The notes: generated by a model not told the origin, from the letters alone. DNA of 52,233 nt from Acidimicrobiia bacterium (GCA_029210695.1 JARGFH010000024.1:1-52233); one strand, 5' to 3'. Positions 27,128-37,237 are shown, numbered from the stretch's first letter. Translations and numbers: made by a program.

Positions 27128-28798
27128 ATGCACGAGGAACTCCACCAACTCGGAGAAGAGTACTTCGAGGCATACCTGCGACGCTCCCCTACCACGGCGC
27201 TGATGCTCGGGGATCATCGTTACGACGATCAGATGGAAGACCTCTCGCTCGAAGCCGAGGATGCGATCATTGCCGAACTCAGGTCGTTCGCCGACCGGGC
27301 GGAGGCAATCGATCCCACCAGCCTGTCGCCACAGGAAGGCCTCAGCCGCAAGGTGTTGATATTTGAGGCTCGCACCACCGCAGACTTGATGGCAACCCGC
27401 CAGGCGGAACTCGACGCCAATCCGGCGATGAGCGCTCATGTGATGGTCCCCGTCGCGGCCGCCCAGTTCCCGATCGTCGAACCTGGGCATGCCGAGGCAC
27501 TGGTGGCCAAGTACGAGAAGATGGGTCGGGCTATGCGCCAATGGGCGGAGCGCCTTCAGCAGGGAGTCGCCGCCCATCACTCCCCGCCGGCGTTGATGGC
27601 GGAGAAGGTCATCGCCCAATTGGACGACCACCTGGCAAGCCCGATCGAATTTGATCCGCTGGTCGCGGCCGTCCGCGCCCCCGAAGCCTTTGATTCCGCC
27701 GCAACTGCCGTCTGGCGGCAACGGCTCGCCGAGCAGGTTGCGACACAGATTCGACCGGGCTTCGCCGAGTTGCGGCGAGTGCTGGCCGAGGAAGTCCTCC
27801 CGAGCGCCCGATCGGAAGACAAGGTCGGGATCACATGGCTGGCGGGCGGGGATGCAACCTACCGGGCAGCCATCCGTAGCTACACCTCGGTCGATCTGAG
27901 CCCGGAAGAGATCCACCAGATTGGGCTCGACACAATCGCTTCGCTCGAAGACGAGTACCGGGAACTCGGCGCGATCGTATTCGGGACAGATGACCTCCAG
28001 ACGATCTATTCGAAGCTCAAAGACGATCCGGAACTCCGCTACCAGACCGCCGACGAGGTGCTGACGGCGTCGCAGGAGGCGTTTGCCAAGGCGAAATCGA
28101 CCATGGGCGACTGGTTCGGACGGCTCCCCAAGGCCGACTGCCTCGTCTCGACGGTGACGCAGGGTCCCGAGGCGTTCTACTTCCCGCCCGCACAGGACGG
28201 GAGCCGTCCCGGGATCTTCTTCATGAACGTCGCGGATCCGACCTCATGGACGAAATACGAACTGGAGGCCACCGTCTTTCACGAAGGCATCCCCGGACAT
28301 CACCTGCAATTGGCCATCGCCCAGGAACTCGACGACATACCCGAGTTCCGCAAGCACAGCATCGTGACGGCGTACGCCGAAGGATGGGGCCTCTATACGG
28401 AGCGTCTTTCGGACGAGATGGGGATGTACGGAGGTCCGCTCCAAAGGATCGGCATGCTGTCCGCCGATTCATTGCGAGCCTCACGCCTGGTTGTGGACAC
28501 CGGGATGCATGCCCTTGGATGGAGTCGGCGCCAGGCGATCGACTACATGGCCGCCAACATCCCCACCAGCATCACCTCGATCACCAACGAGGTCGACCGC
28601 TACATCGGCGTACCCGGCCAGGCCCTCGCCTACATGATCGGTCGCAAAGAGATCGTCAAGATCAGGGAGCAAGCCGAAGTCACCATGGGCGCCCGATTCG
28701 ACATAAAGGGATTCCACGACACGGTGTTGGGTTCCGGTGCGCTGCCACTGCCGGCGCTGTCGGACCTCGTCAACGGGTGGGCGGCAGGAAGTGCCTAG
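27128..28798 (+). CDS. DUF885 family protein (putative metallopeptidase-like)
   Basis: FHEGIPGHHLQ, EGWGLY, RLVVDTGMH, EVDRY, GQALAY. Confidence 0.92.
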   Translation: MHEELHQLGEEYFEAYLRRSPTTALMLGDHRYDDQMEDLSLEAEDAIIAELRSFADRAEAIDPTSLSPQEGLSRKVLIFEARTTADLMATRQAELDANPAMSAHVMVPVAAAQFPIVEPGHAEALVAKYEKMGRAMRQWAERLQQGVAAHHSPPALMAEKVIAQLDDHLASPIEFDPLVAAVRAPEAFDSAATAVWRQRLAEQVATQIRPGFAELRRVLAEEVLPSARSEDKVGITWLAGGDATYRAAIRSYTSVDLSPEEIHQIGLDTIASLEDEYRELGAIVFGTDDLQTIYSKLKDDPELRYQTADEVLTASQEAFAKAKSTMGDWFGRLPKADCLVSTVTQGPEAFYFPPAQDGSRPGIFFMNVADPTSWTKYELEATVFHEGIPGHHLQLAIAQELDDIPEFRKHSIVTAYAEGWGLYTERLSDEMGMYGGPLQRIGMLSADSLRASRLVVDTGMHALGWSRRQAIDYMAANIPTSITSITNEVDRYIGVPGQALAYMIGRKEIVKIREQAEVTMGARFDIKGFHDTVLGSGALPLPALSDLVNGWAAGSA

Positions 28799-30476
28799 CC
28801 GGTCGGAGGTCCTCGTGGATCTCGCCCGGCGTTACTGGGATCACGTCAGCGCCACCAACCCCACCACGGCTCTGCTCAACGGAGATCACCGATTCGACGA
28901 CCAGATGGAGGACGTCACCCGGGCAGCGGAGGACACCTCCATCGGCGCCCTGGAGGGCTTCGCCGCCGAGGCCGAACGCCTCGATCCAACTTCTCTGACA
29001 GAGGATGAGCGCGTTTCGCGGGCTGTGCTCATTCAAGAGGCGGCTGCTCAGGCTGCTGAACTCCGTTCACGATATGCGGAAACGACCGTCAGTTCGGTGA
29101 TGGGTTTCCACGTCAACCTCCAGAGCGTCGCGCCGCAATTCCCGATCTTGGATCCGGAACACGCCCGGGCACTGGTCGGGAAGTATCAGAAGATCGGTGG
29201 GATGTTCGACGACACGATCAAACGGCTGCGACAGGGAATTGCGAGAGACCGGACACCGCCTGCAGTTGCCGTAGAGCGGACCATCGAACAGATCGACGGC
29301 TACCTGGCCACTCCGATCGAAACGGACCTGTTCATGGGTGTGTGCTCTCCTGCGGCATTCGACGAGTCGGCCGAACGGTCGTGGCGATCGGAACTAGCAG
29401 GGGTGGTCGAGCAAGAGATCCGCCCCGCCTACCGGCGATACCGGGACGCCCTCGCAGATGAGGTGCTCGAGAAGGCTCGACCGCAGGAGAAGGTTGGTGT
29501 GGCCTGGCTTCCCGACGGTGAGGAGGTATACAGGCGAGCGATCGCCCGCCACACCACGCTGGACCTGACTCCGATGGAGGTTCACCGGATCGGACTCGAG
29601 ACCGTCGAGTCGCTCGCCGACGAATACCGGGGCTTGGGCGGCCGGGTTCTGGGAACAACCGACCTCCAAGAGATCTTCGGGCGCCTGCGCAGCGATCCTG
29701 ACCTGCGATTCAAAGACGCCGGCGAGGTGCGCAATGGGGCAGCGCGGGCACTGGCCAGAGCGAAGGAGGCCATTCCCGATTGGTTCGGGCGCCTCCCGGC
29801 GGCGGACTGCATCGTGGTCGATATCCCGGACGTTGCCGCACAGGACGCCACGATCGCCTACTACCTGCAGCCGGCCGCGGATGGAAGCAGGCCGGGGACC
29901 TACTACATCAACGTGTCGGAGCCGACCACGAGAACTACGTTCGAGTCTGAGGTGCTGGCGTTCCATGAGAGCATCCCCGGCCACCATCTGCAGGTCGCCA
30001 TCGCCCAGGAACTCGAGGGTATCCCGGAGTTCAGGCGGCATGCCTGGATCACGGCCTACGGAGAGGGATGGGGCCTCTACACGGAGCGACTCTCTGACGA
30101 GATGGGGTTGTACTCGGGCGACATCGCCCGGCTCGGGATCCTGTCGTTCGACTCGTGGCGGGCCTGCCGGTTGGTCGTCGACACGGGGCTCCACGCCCTC
30201 GGCTGGAGCAGACGGGAAGCAATCGACTACCTGATAGAGAACTCGCCGCAGGCACCGAACAACATCACCAACGAGGTCGACCGCTACATAGCCTGGCCTG
30301 GCCAGGCTCTCGCCTACAAGATCGGCCAGCGCGAGATCATCCGCCTGCGAGACGATGCACGCCTAGCGATGGGTGACCGCTTCGATATCAGGGATTTCCA
30401 CGACGTCGTGCTCGGTTCGGGCCCGGTGCCGCTATCAGTGTTGGGAGACCTCGTGGCGGAGTGGGCCAACTCCTGA
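28791..30476 (+). CDS. DUF885 family protein (tandem paralog)
   Basis: FHESIPGHHLQ, EGWGLY, RLVVDTGLH; GTG 28791 overlaps the upstream gene end. Confidence 0.92.
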   Translation: MPSRSEVLVDLARRYWDHVSATNPTTALLNGDHRFDDQMEDVTRAAEDTSIGALEGFAAEAERLDPTSLTEDERVSRAVLIQEAAAQAAELRSRYAETTVSSVMGFHVNLQSVAPQFPILDPEHARALVGKYQKIGGMFDDTIKRLRQGIARDRTPPAVAVERTIEQIDGYLATPIETDLFMGVCSPAAFDESAERSWRSELAGVVEQEIRPAYRRYRDALADEVLEKARPQEKVGVAWLPDGEEVYRRAIARHTTLDLTPMEVHRIGLETVESLADEYRGLGGRVLGTTDLQEIFGRLRSDPDLRFKDAGEVRNGAARALARAKEAIPDWFGRLPAADCIVVDIPDVAAQDATIAYYLQPAADGSRPGTYYINVSEPTTRTTFESEVLAFHESIPGHHLQVAIAQELEGIPEFRRHAWITAYGEGWGLYTERLSDEMGLYSGDIARLGILSFDSWRACRLVVDTGLHALGWSRREAIDYLIENSPQAPNNITNEVDRYIAWPGQALAYKIGQREIIRLRDDARLAMGDRFDIRDFHDVVLGSGPVPLSVLGDLVAEWANS

Positions 30477-30478
30477 GG

Positions 30479-30525
30479 TTTCTGCGCAATGCAATGGTGT
30501 GTTTTCGATACATAGCATTGCCGAG

Positions 30526-30528
<3 letters not shown>
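30479..30528. repeat. 50-bp palindromic REP-like element, copy 1
   Basis: TTTCTGCGCAATGC-N22-GCATTGCCGAGAAA; similar copy at 36604-36653. Confidence 0.7.
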
Positions 30529-30651
<123 letters not shown>

Positions 30652-30855
30652 AACTCGTCGGGCATTGGTAGCCCGGCGGTACTGATACCTCGTACAACGT
30701 ACTACGTACCTCGGGCATTCTACGAGCCAGGCGATTCCGTGAACGATTCGACACAAGATGCACACGTGGACGCCGTGTTCAACCACTGAGGGCTCTTCCG
30801 GGACACGCCCGAACCGACCGCCCGATCGCAGCCGTTGTGTGCGGGGTGACGTAGT

Positions 30856-31722
30856 GTGGATGGGGTGGATACTTCTGATCCGAATCCCGACGCCCTGCTG
30901 GATGGCCGGGAGCCGGCTCGTCGCCAGGTTTCAGTCGGGGCCACCGTCCTGTACGTCGAGGAGCAGGGTTCAGGTCCGGCGGTGTTGTTGATCGGTGCTG
31001 CCGACGAGGACGCCGAGATATATCGGGGCATCGCCGATCGTCTTTCATCAGACTGCAGGGTTGTTACCTACGACCGTCGCGGCACCCGGCGTAGCGGACG
31101 GGAGGGGTGGCCATCCGACTCGGCTCGCCATGCCGACGACGCTGCTGACCTGATCACCAGCCTTGGACTGGAGGAGGTGACGGTTCTGGGAGCCAGCGCC
31201 GGTGGGATCGTCGCCCTCAGGCTGGCGCTCCGCCACCCTGACCTGGTGAGGAATGTCCTCTGCTTCGAACCTGGCATCTTTCAGATGACCGACGACGGAA
31301 GGAAGCTCGAGGACCAAGGCGCATCATCAGTCGAGCAACATCTTGACTCACATCCAGGCGACTGGATCGGCGCAGTCGATGCCTTAGGACGAGCAGCAGC
31401 CAGTTCCCTCACCGACGTTTCAAGCTTGTTCACCCCACCCATTGGACGGGAGTGGTTCGCCCAACGAGCCGATGAGAACGCTGAAGCGTTTATCCGAGGT
31501 GACCTGCCCATCACCCGAGAGCACTTCGATCTAGAGGCAGTAGCAGGCTGCCAGACAAACCTTCGATTCGCCTACGGCAGCGCATCGCACCCTGTCTTTC
31601 ACGGCATAACAGCCGAACTCGCTGCGAGCCGCTCACAAATCCCAGACCGCCTTGAGGGAGTCGGCCACCTCCTATTCCACCACCCTGAAGCAGCAGCCTC
31701 TTACATCCTCGGCTCGCTCTAA
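30856..31722 (+). CDS. Alpha/beta hydrolase
   Basis: YDRRG, GASAGG nucleophile elbow, C-terminal GH. Confidence 0.88.
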   Translation: MDGVDTSDPNPDALLDGREPARRQVSVGATVLYVEEQGSGPAVLLIGAADEDAEIYRGIADRLSSDCRVVTYDRRGTRRSGREGWPSDSARHADDAADLITSLGLEEVTVLGASAGGIVALRLALRHPDLVRNVLCFEPGIFQMTDDGRKLEDQGASSVEQHLDSHPGDWIGAVDALGRAAASSLTDVSSLFTPPIGREWFAQRADENAEAFIRGDLPITREHFDLEAVAGCQTNLRFAYGSASHPVFHGITAELAASRSQIPDRLEGVGHLLFHHPEAAASYILGSL

Positions 31723-32020
31723 AGGCGCAACACCCCTCTGCGACAGCACAACCGCCCACAAGTCCGATTTGGGCGGTTGACGGGTGTACTCGTTCTGGTC
31801 CGAGACTGAGTGATATGCGTGGCTCGATGCTCCGCAACAACCCCGTAGTTTTTGGTGACCGGGTGTAGTCGAGGGAAACACCGTCTAGACCCGTCTAGTT
31901 CCGTTGGCTGACGCACACCATGGCACCGGGTACAGCACCGGGACGGCGTATGCAACCAACTAGGGCCTCCTCCGGGGCACGCCTCGACCTACCGCTCAGT
32001 ATCTGCCGCTATATGCGGAT

Positions 32021-32791
32021 GTGGTGCGCCGATGCGGGTGTCTGCCATACTCGAATCAGCCCACAACGGAGGACATAGCCATTTCGAAGCTCATTAGAAC
32101 CGCCCGGTGGACGGGGGTGTTCTACCTCGGGCTCGCTGTGGCGGGACTCGTCGGGTTTCTCTTCGTTCGTGGCGAGTTATTCGTGGCCGAGGACCCCGCA
32201 GCCACACTGGCCAACTTGATCGATCAGGTCACGCTCGCCCGACTTGGCATCGCTGCCGACATGACGATCGTTCTCACCCAGGCCCTGGCGGCCATCTGGT
32301 TCTTCAAGCTCTTCCGCAGCGAGAACAGCTTCGCCGCAGGATCGATCGCCGCCTTCGGGTTGGTCAACGCCGCTGCGATCGTGGTAGCAACGACCTTCTC
32401 AGCGACGGCCCTTATGGTGGCGGGCGACGCCGCCCTCGCTCCGGGCGGGGACCAGGCTGCAACCGTACAGTTGCTCTACGAGCTCAATGGAAGCGCCTGG
32501 AGTATCGGTGGTCTCTTCTTCGGTCTGTGGCTGATACCGATGGGTTACGTGGTGGTCAAATCCAGAGTGATGCCAGTCGCTCTCGGGTGGGTGTTGATGG
32601 CCGGAGGAGTCGCATACGTGATCAGCACCTACGTCACCCAACTCGTCCCCGACGCTCCGACAGCGGTCGAATCATTGCTCGTGGGGGTGGCCACCGTCGG
32701 CGAGTTCTGGATGATCGGGTACCTCCTCATCTTCGGTATACGCAGGTCGGATCGCATTCCCCATTCAAGCTCCCCTGCGGCAGAAGCGTGA
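32021..32791 (+). CDS. DUF4386 family membrane protein (true start probably near 32081)
   Basis: TARWTGVFYL, FFGLWLIPMGY, GEFWMIGYLLIFG; multiple TM segments. Confidence 0.8.
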   Translation: MVRRCGCLPYSNQPTTEDIAISKLIRTARWTGVFYLGLAVAGLVGFLFVRGELFVAEDPAATLANLIDQVTLARLGIAADMTIVLTQALAAIWFFKLFRSENSFAAGSIAAFGLVNAAAIVVATTFSATALMVAGDAALAPGGDQAATVQLLYELNGSAWSIGGLFFGLWLIPMGYVVVKSRVMPVALGWVLMAGGVAYVISTYVTQLVPDAPTAVESLLVGVATVGEFWMIGYLLIFGIRRSDRIPHSSSPAAEA

Positions 32792-32968
32792 TCCGTCGAG
32801 TAGGAGGAGGTACTGGTCCGGTCGGTTTGGCAGGCGCCGAACCAGACCAGACCTGAGGGAAATCACGCTGTCGGCGAGGCTGGGCCCCCACTGTCCAACA
32901 GTCCAGTTGGTTGCCGACGGTCGGATCACGCGAGCGCAACCGCGGTCGACGAGAGAACCGGGGGAAAC

Positions 32969-33415
32969 GTGACAAGCGACAAGTTCCTGACCCGCACCTG
33001 GAACAACCAATTGACGCTGCTGCTGGGCCTGCCGACCCTGGCCTGGGCCGTCGTCGCGCTAACCACCTCGGTCTTCTCGGATCTGACAGAGTTCATCGGC
33101 ATGGTGGTGTTCGCCGCGGTCTATTGACCGGTCGTGGAGTACCACTCCACCCGGCGGTTCGCCTGGGAACGCGAGAAGACGGTGGGCGGTGACCCGCAGA
33201 AGCTCAGTATCGGCCACCCGTACACCTGGATCCTCATCATCTACAACGCCGTCTACTGGATCCCGATGGTCCTGCCGTGGACGCCGCTGATGAGCTACCG
33301 GGGCGGGGTCATCGGCCTAGTCATCCTCATTGGCGTCCGAGCGACAGCCAACCTGTATCGGAACAACTTCATGACGTTCGAGCAGGCGGAGGTGTTTCCG
33401 CTGAGGATTCCCTAG
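32969..33415 (+). CDS. 148-aa membrane protein with in-frame TGA at 33125-33127 (candidate selenoprotein/readthrough, or pseudogene)
   Basis: GTG start after GGGGG; one frame reads MTSDKFLTRTWNNQLTLLLGLPTL...GMVVFAAVY*PVVEYHSTRRFAW...FPLRIP; stem-loops directly 3' of the TGA. Confidence 0.6.
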
Positions 33416-33523
33416 TGGTCTGTCTGCTATTTGATGACCGGGGTAGGCAGTGCCACGAACCCTGCCACAGCGGGGATCGTCCGGCAGGAGACCAAGTCAC
33501 CAAATCCGCGACGGACCACTAGG
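33411..33523. mobile_element. 113-bp MITE-like element with imperfect terminal inverted repeats
   Basis: CCTAGTGGTCTGTC...ATTTGATGAC versus GTCACCAAAT...GACGGACCACTAGG. Confidence 0.55.
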
Positions 33524-33616
33524 AGGTTGCAGCCAACCCCAACCAACTCTCGGGGCAACGCTGACCCCGCTCTTCATGAACGAGCCTCCGACAGACCCGG
33601 ACGAGTTCTGTCGTCT

Positions 33617-34600
33617 TTATTTGGAGGTGTGGTCCACCGTGATGATGGTCTTTCCCTGGGAGTGCCCTTCTCCGACGGTGGCCACGGCGTCCTGTGTCTC
33701 GCTCAGCGAATAGGTCTTGTCGATTATCGGCCTGATCTTCTCTGCTTCCGCGAGTTCTCTGAGTGTGACAAGGTCCTGAGGGTTCGACATCGACAGGAAG
33801 GGACGCCCTTGTTGGCGGACGAATAGTGACGACACGAACGCCGCTATGGGACTCTTGAGACCCCCGAACCAGCCACCGACTGGTGCACCATTGGCCAACA
33901 GCTTTCCGGTTGGGGTGAGCGCTTTTCTCGTGTCTGACAACGAATGGTTTCCGACATTGTCGAAGATGAGATCGTATCGGTCCTCGCCCTCTGTGAAGTC
34001 TTCCTGGGTGTAGTCAATGACATGGTCTGCACCGATCGATCGGACCATCTCCGCGTTCCTCGTGCTGCATACACCGGTCACCTCGGCCCCAAGAGCTTTG
34101 GCAATCTGCACTGCGAACGTTCCCACGCCGCCAGATGCGCCTGTGATCAGAACCTTCTGTCCTGGCTGGACCTTCCCATGATCACGCAGAGCCTGCAGGG
34201 CGGCCAATGCGGACACCCCGACCGCCGATGCTTCTTCAAACGTCAAGTTGGTCGGCTTCATCGCCAAGGACCCTTCGGGGAATGACACGTACTCGGCGAA
34301 TGCGCCCTTGTAGGAGCCGAAGACCTCATCGCCCGGTTGGAGGTGCGAGACGTTCGTTCCGACCTCTTCGACGACTCCTGCGATATCGGTTCCGGGCACT
34401 CGGTTCTTGGCCCGCATGGCCGAGAACATCGGGCGCATGACGTAGGGCAGCCCGCCGATCGTGTAGTAATCGCCTATGTGGATGGAGGCGGCGTGCACCC
34501 GTACCAGTGCCTCGCCTTCCCCGACTATCGGCTTGTCGATCTCCTTGATCTCCAATACATCTTGGGGTGGGCCGAACTTGCCCTGGACAATTGCTTTCAT
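33617..34600 (-). CDS. NAD(P)-dependent alcohol dehydrogenase / quinone oxidoreductase (MDR)
   Basis: MKAIV, PGTDIAGVV, GAFAEY, ITGASGGVGTFAVQIAK, GADHVIDY. Confidence 0.92.
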   Translation of the reverse strand: MKAIVQGKFGPPQDVLEIKEIDKPIVGEGEALVRVHAASIHIGDYYTIGGLPYVMRPMFSAMRAKNRVPGTDIAGVVEEVGTNVSHLQPGDEVFGSYKGAFAEYVSFPEGSLAMKPTNLTFEEASAVGVSALAALQALRDHGKVQPGQKVLITGASGGVGTFAVQIAKALGAEVTGVCSTRNAEMVRSIGADHVIDYTQEDFTEGEDRYDLIFDNVGNHSLSDTRKALTPTGKLLANGAPVGGWFGGLKSPIAAFVSSLFVRQQGRPFLSMSNPQDLVTLRELAEAEKIRPIIDKTYSLSETQDAVATVGEGHSQGKTIITVDHTSK

Positions 34601-35071
34601 GGTCTGCTACCTCCGCCGTAGTTCATTTCGATACTGTCATGGTGGTGGAGTTCGAGGCCAGCAATATGGCACCAGCGCGAACACTCATCGGACTGCCGTT
34701 CGTGGTGCCGATCCGCTTCAACGGTACCGCAGCGATGCGACCAACCACGAAGTCCGGCGAAACCAGCACACATCCCCCGTGCCGCCAACGACCGTCAATG
34801 GGTGCGCTGAATACTGGCAATGGTGTCGGGCCCGCCGGATTCAACGGTTCGCCTGTTCCCGAGGGTCTCCGTCCGTTTCGCCGCCATGCCGGATCGCAAC
34901 GATCGCAATTCCGGTAGCGCACAACCGGCGATGTGCGCTACCCGCCTTCCCGCTTCAGGTCGCAGCACAGCCTGTGTGCGAGTCGTCTTCCTGGATGGTG
35001 CGGCTCTCAACTCGGGCGGATCACTGTCATGCTCGATCCCGCGATTGAGACCTGGCATCGCCTTCTGGCAG

Positions 35072-35161
35072 CGGAGGGAGTGGGATTCGAACCCACGGAA
35101 CCGCTTAACACGGTTCAACAGTTTTCAAGACTGTCGCCTTCGTCCGCTCGGCCATCCCTCC
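35072..35161 (-). tRNA. tRNA-Ser(TGA)
   Basis: GGAGGGATGGCCGAG...CT-TGA-AA, long variable arm; CCA not encoded. Confidence 0.95.
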
Positions 35162-35239
35162 TCGCCGGCCGGGGCCGGTAGTACCTGGTACCGGGTACCG
35201 GGCACGAAGTGTGCGGCCCGACTGCCGGGTCGCTTAGAG

Positions 35240-35330
35240 CGGAGGGAGTGGGATTCGAACCCACGAGGGCGGGTAAACGCCCTACGGCATTTCGAGTGCC
35301 GCGCACTAGGCCGGACTATGCGATCCCTCC
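35240..35330 (-). tRNA. tRNA-Ser(CGA)
   Basis: GGAGGGATCGCATAG...CT-CGA-AA, long variable arm. Confidence 0.95.
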
Positions 35331-35387
35331 GAGGATCTGGGATTGTACACGGCAGCGTCGAGGCGGAACCTGTGTGAGAATGCGACG

Positions 35388-36599
35388 ATGGAACACGGCG
35401 CCGCTATTCGCTCCGAGGTTGGAGCACTGCAAACGGTCATCATTCACCGTCCCGATCTCGAACTATCTCGCATCACACCGAGCAACAAGGACGAGTTGCT
35501 CTTCGATGAGCTGATCTGGCTCGAACGGGCGCAGGTGGAACACGACGCATTTGCCGACCTGATGCGAGCCACCGGTGCAGAGGTTCTCTACATCGACGAC
35601 TTACTCACCGAGGTAATGGCCGATCGCAGCCTTGCCGACGCCGTCATCGTGGAACACGTCACCAACGACCTGTGCGGCGTCCGACTTGCCGACCGGGTCC
35701 GGTCATTTCTCACCGAGCTGCCACCGGAACGTCTCGTCAAGCACCTGATCGGCGGCGTGACGCTCGACGAGGTCGGCGCGACCGAGGGGCTAGTCGCCGC
35801 ACTCCACGGGCCTAATGACTTCCTGCTGCCCCCACTCCCAAACGCGGTATTCATGCGGGACTCGTCGATCTGGATCGGGGATGGTGTGGTCCTCTCTCCG
35901 ATGAATCGTCTCGTCCGTCGACGGGAGACCGATCTCCTCCGAATGGTCTACTCGCACCACCCCCGCTTTGCCGCCACCCGGATCTGGTTCGGGAACGAGC
36001 CTGGAGAGCACTTCCCGGCCTCGGTAGAAGGCGGCGATGTGCTGGTGGTCGGTGAACGTGGGATCGCGATCGGCGTTTCCGAACGGACCTCGCCGACCGG
36101 AGCCGCCGCGTTGACGGCTCGCCTCTTCGAGGAGGGTGTCGTTGATCGCGTGCTGGCGGTCGAACTTCCGAAGGGGCGGTCGACGATGCACCTCGACACC
36201 GTCGTCACAATGGTGGACCGTAACCGGTTTGTGCTGTATCCGCGCATTCGTTCTCACGTTCGGGCACTTCAGGTGACACCCGGTCCGGAACTCGGCCTCC
36301 ACGTCGAAGGCGAGATCGATCTCATTGAAGGGCTGGCCTGGGCGGCCGGCCTCGACTCGGCCGACGTGATCGAACCGGCGATGACCAGCATCCAGGCCGA
36401 TCGTGAACAGTGGAACGACGCCAACAACACTTTTGCGGTGGCGCCCGGCGAGGTGATCGCCTACGAACGCAACGTGGCCACGAACGAAATCCTCGAGGAA
36501 GCCGGCGTCGTCGTGCATCGCATGCCGTCCTATGAACTCCCACGCGGACGCGGTGGCCCCCGCTGTATGACGTGTCCGGTGGCTCGCGCCCCCTTGTAG
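35388..36599 (+). CDS. arcA: Arginine deiminase
   Basis: SEVGAL..V..HRP, LLFD, PLPN.VFMRD, EGGD, MHLDTV, EQWND, RGRGGPRCM. Confidence 0.93.
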   Translation: MEHGAAIRSEVGALQTVIIHRPDLELSRITPSNKDELLFDELIWLERAQVEHDAFADLMRATGAEVLYIDDLLTEVMADRSLADAVIVEHVTNDLCGVRLADRVRSFLTELPPERLVKHLIGGVTLDEVGATEGLVAALHGPNDFLLPPLPNAVFMRDSSIWIGDGVVLSPMNRLVRRRETDLLRMVYSHHPRFAATRIWFGNEPGEHFPASVEGGDVLVVGERGIAIGVSERTSPTGAAALTARLFEEGVVDRVLAVELPKGRSTMHLDTVVTMVDRNRFVLYPRIRSHVRALQVTPGPELGLHVEGEIDLIEGLAWAAGLDSADVIEPAMTSIQADREQWNDANNTFAVAPGEVIAYERNVATNEILEEAGVVVHRMPSYELPRGRGGPRCMTCPVARAPL

Positions 36600-36603
36600 T
36601 GAG

Positions 36604-36653
36604 TTTCTCCGCAATGCAATGATGCAAAAACCGACCACAGCATTGCGGAGAAA
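36604..36653. repeat. 50-bp palindromic REP-like element, copy 2
   Basis: TTTCTCCGCAATGC-N22-GCATTGCGGAGAAA, perfect 14-bp stem, between convergent arcA and tadA. Confidence 0.75.
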
Positions 36654-36660
36654 AGGAGAT

Positions 36661-37116
36661 TCAGCGTCTGGACTCGAAGAATTCTCGCAGCTGCGCCGAA
36701 CACTCACCCTCTCGCACGCCGGCGATCACTTCGCAACGGTGGTTGAGGCGACGATCCTGGGGGATGTTGAAGAGACTCCATACGCCGCCTGCCTTGAGGT
36801 CGGCGGCGCCGTACACGATCCGGTCCAGGCGAGCCCACATGGCAGCGCCGGCGCACATCGGGCACGGCTCCAGCGTCACCACCAGCGTGTGGCCGGCCAG
36901 GCGCCAATCGCCCGAAGCTCGGGCCCTGTGTGATATCACCAGCATCTCCGCATGAGCCGTCGGATCCTGCGCCTGTTCGCGACGGTTGTGATCCGATCCG
37001 ACCACCGTTCCCACCTCGTCGAGCAGGACCGCACCCACCGGGACGTCCCCATGCTCGACGGCAGCTCGCGCCTCGACGAGGGCAAGTCCCATCGCTTCGA
37101 TGAAGTCGAGTTCCAT
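36661..37116 (-). CDS. tadA: tRNA adenosine(34) deaminase
   Basis: DVPVGAV, DPTAHAE, TLEPCPMC, RLNH, FF..RR. Confidence 0.93.
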   Translation of the reverse strand: MELDFIEAMGLALVEARAAVEHGDVPVGAVLLDEVGTVVGSDHNRREQAQDPTAHAEMLVISHRARASGDWRLAGHTLVVTLEPCPMCAGAAMWARLDRIVYGAADLKAGGVWSLFNIPQDRRLNHRCEVIAGVREGECSAQLREFFESRR

Positions 37117-37141
37117 AACGCCCTCTACACTATGGCGCCCT

Positions 37142-37235
37142 GGAGGGATCGCATAGTCTGGCCTAGTGCGCACGCCTGGAAAGCGTGTAGGGGGTGTGAG
37201 CTCCCTCGCGGGTTCAAATCCCGCTCCCTCCGCCA
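37142..37235 (+). tRNA. tRNA-Ser(GGA)
   Basis: GGAGGGATCGCATAG...CT-GGA-AA...CCCTCCGCCA. Confidence 0.97.
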
Positions 37236-37237
37236 AC

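Noticed and set aside
34620..35040. Possible gene remnant between the dehydrogenase and tRNA-Ser(TGA)
   Set aside because: No consistent frame or motif I can support.
35072..35161. Possible tRNA-Sec or UGA suppressor supporting the in-frame TGA genes
   Set aside because: The anticodon is TGA (reads UCA, Ser), not TCA, and the acceptor stem is a standard 7 bp.
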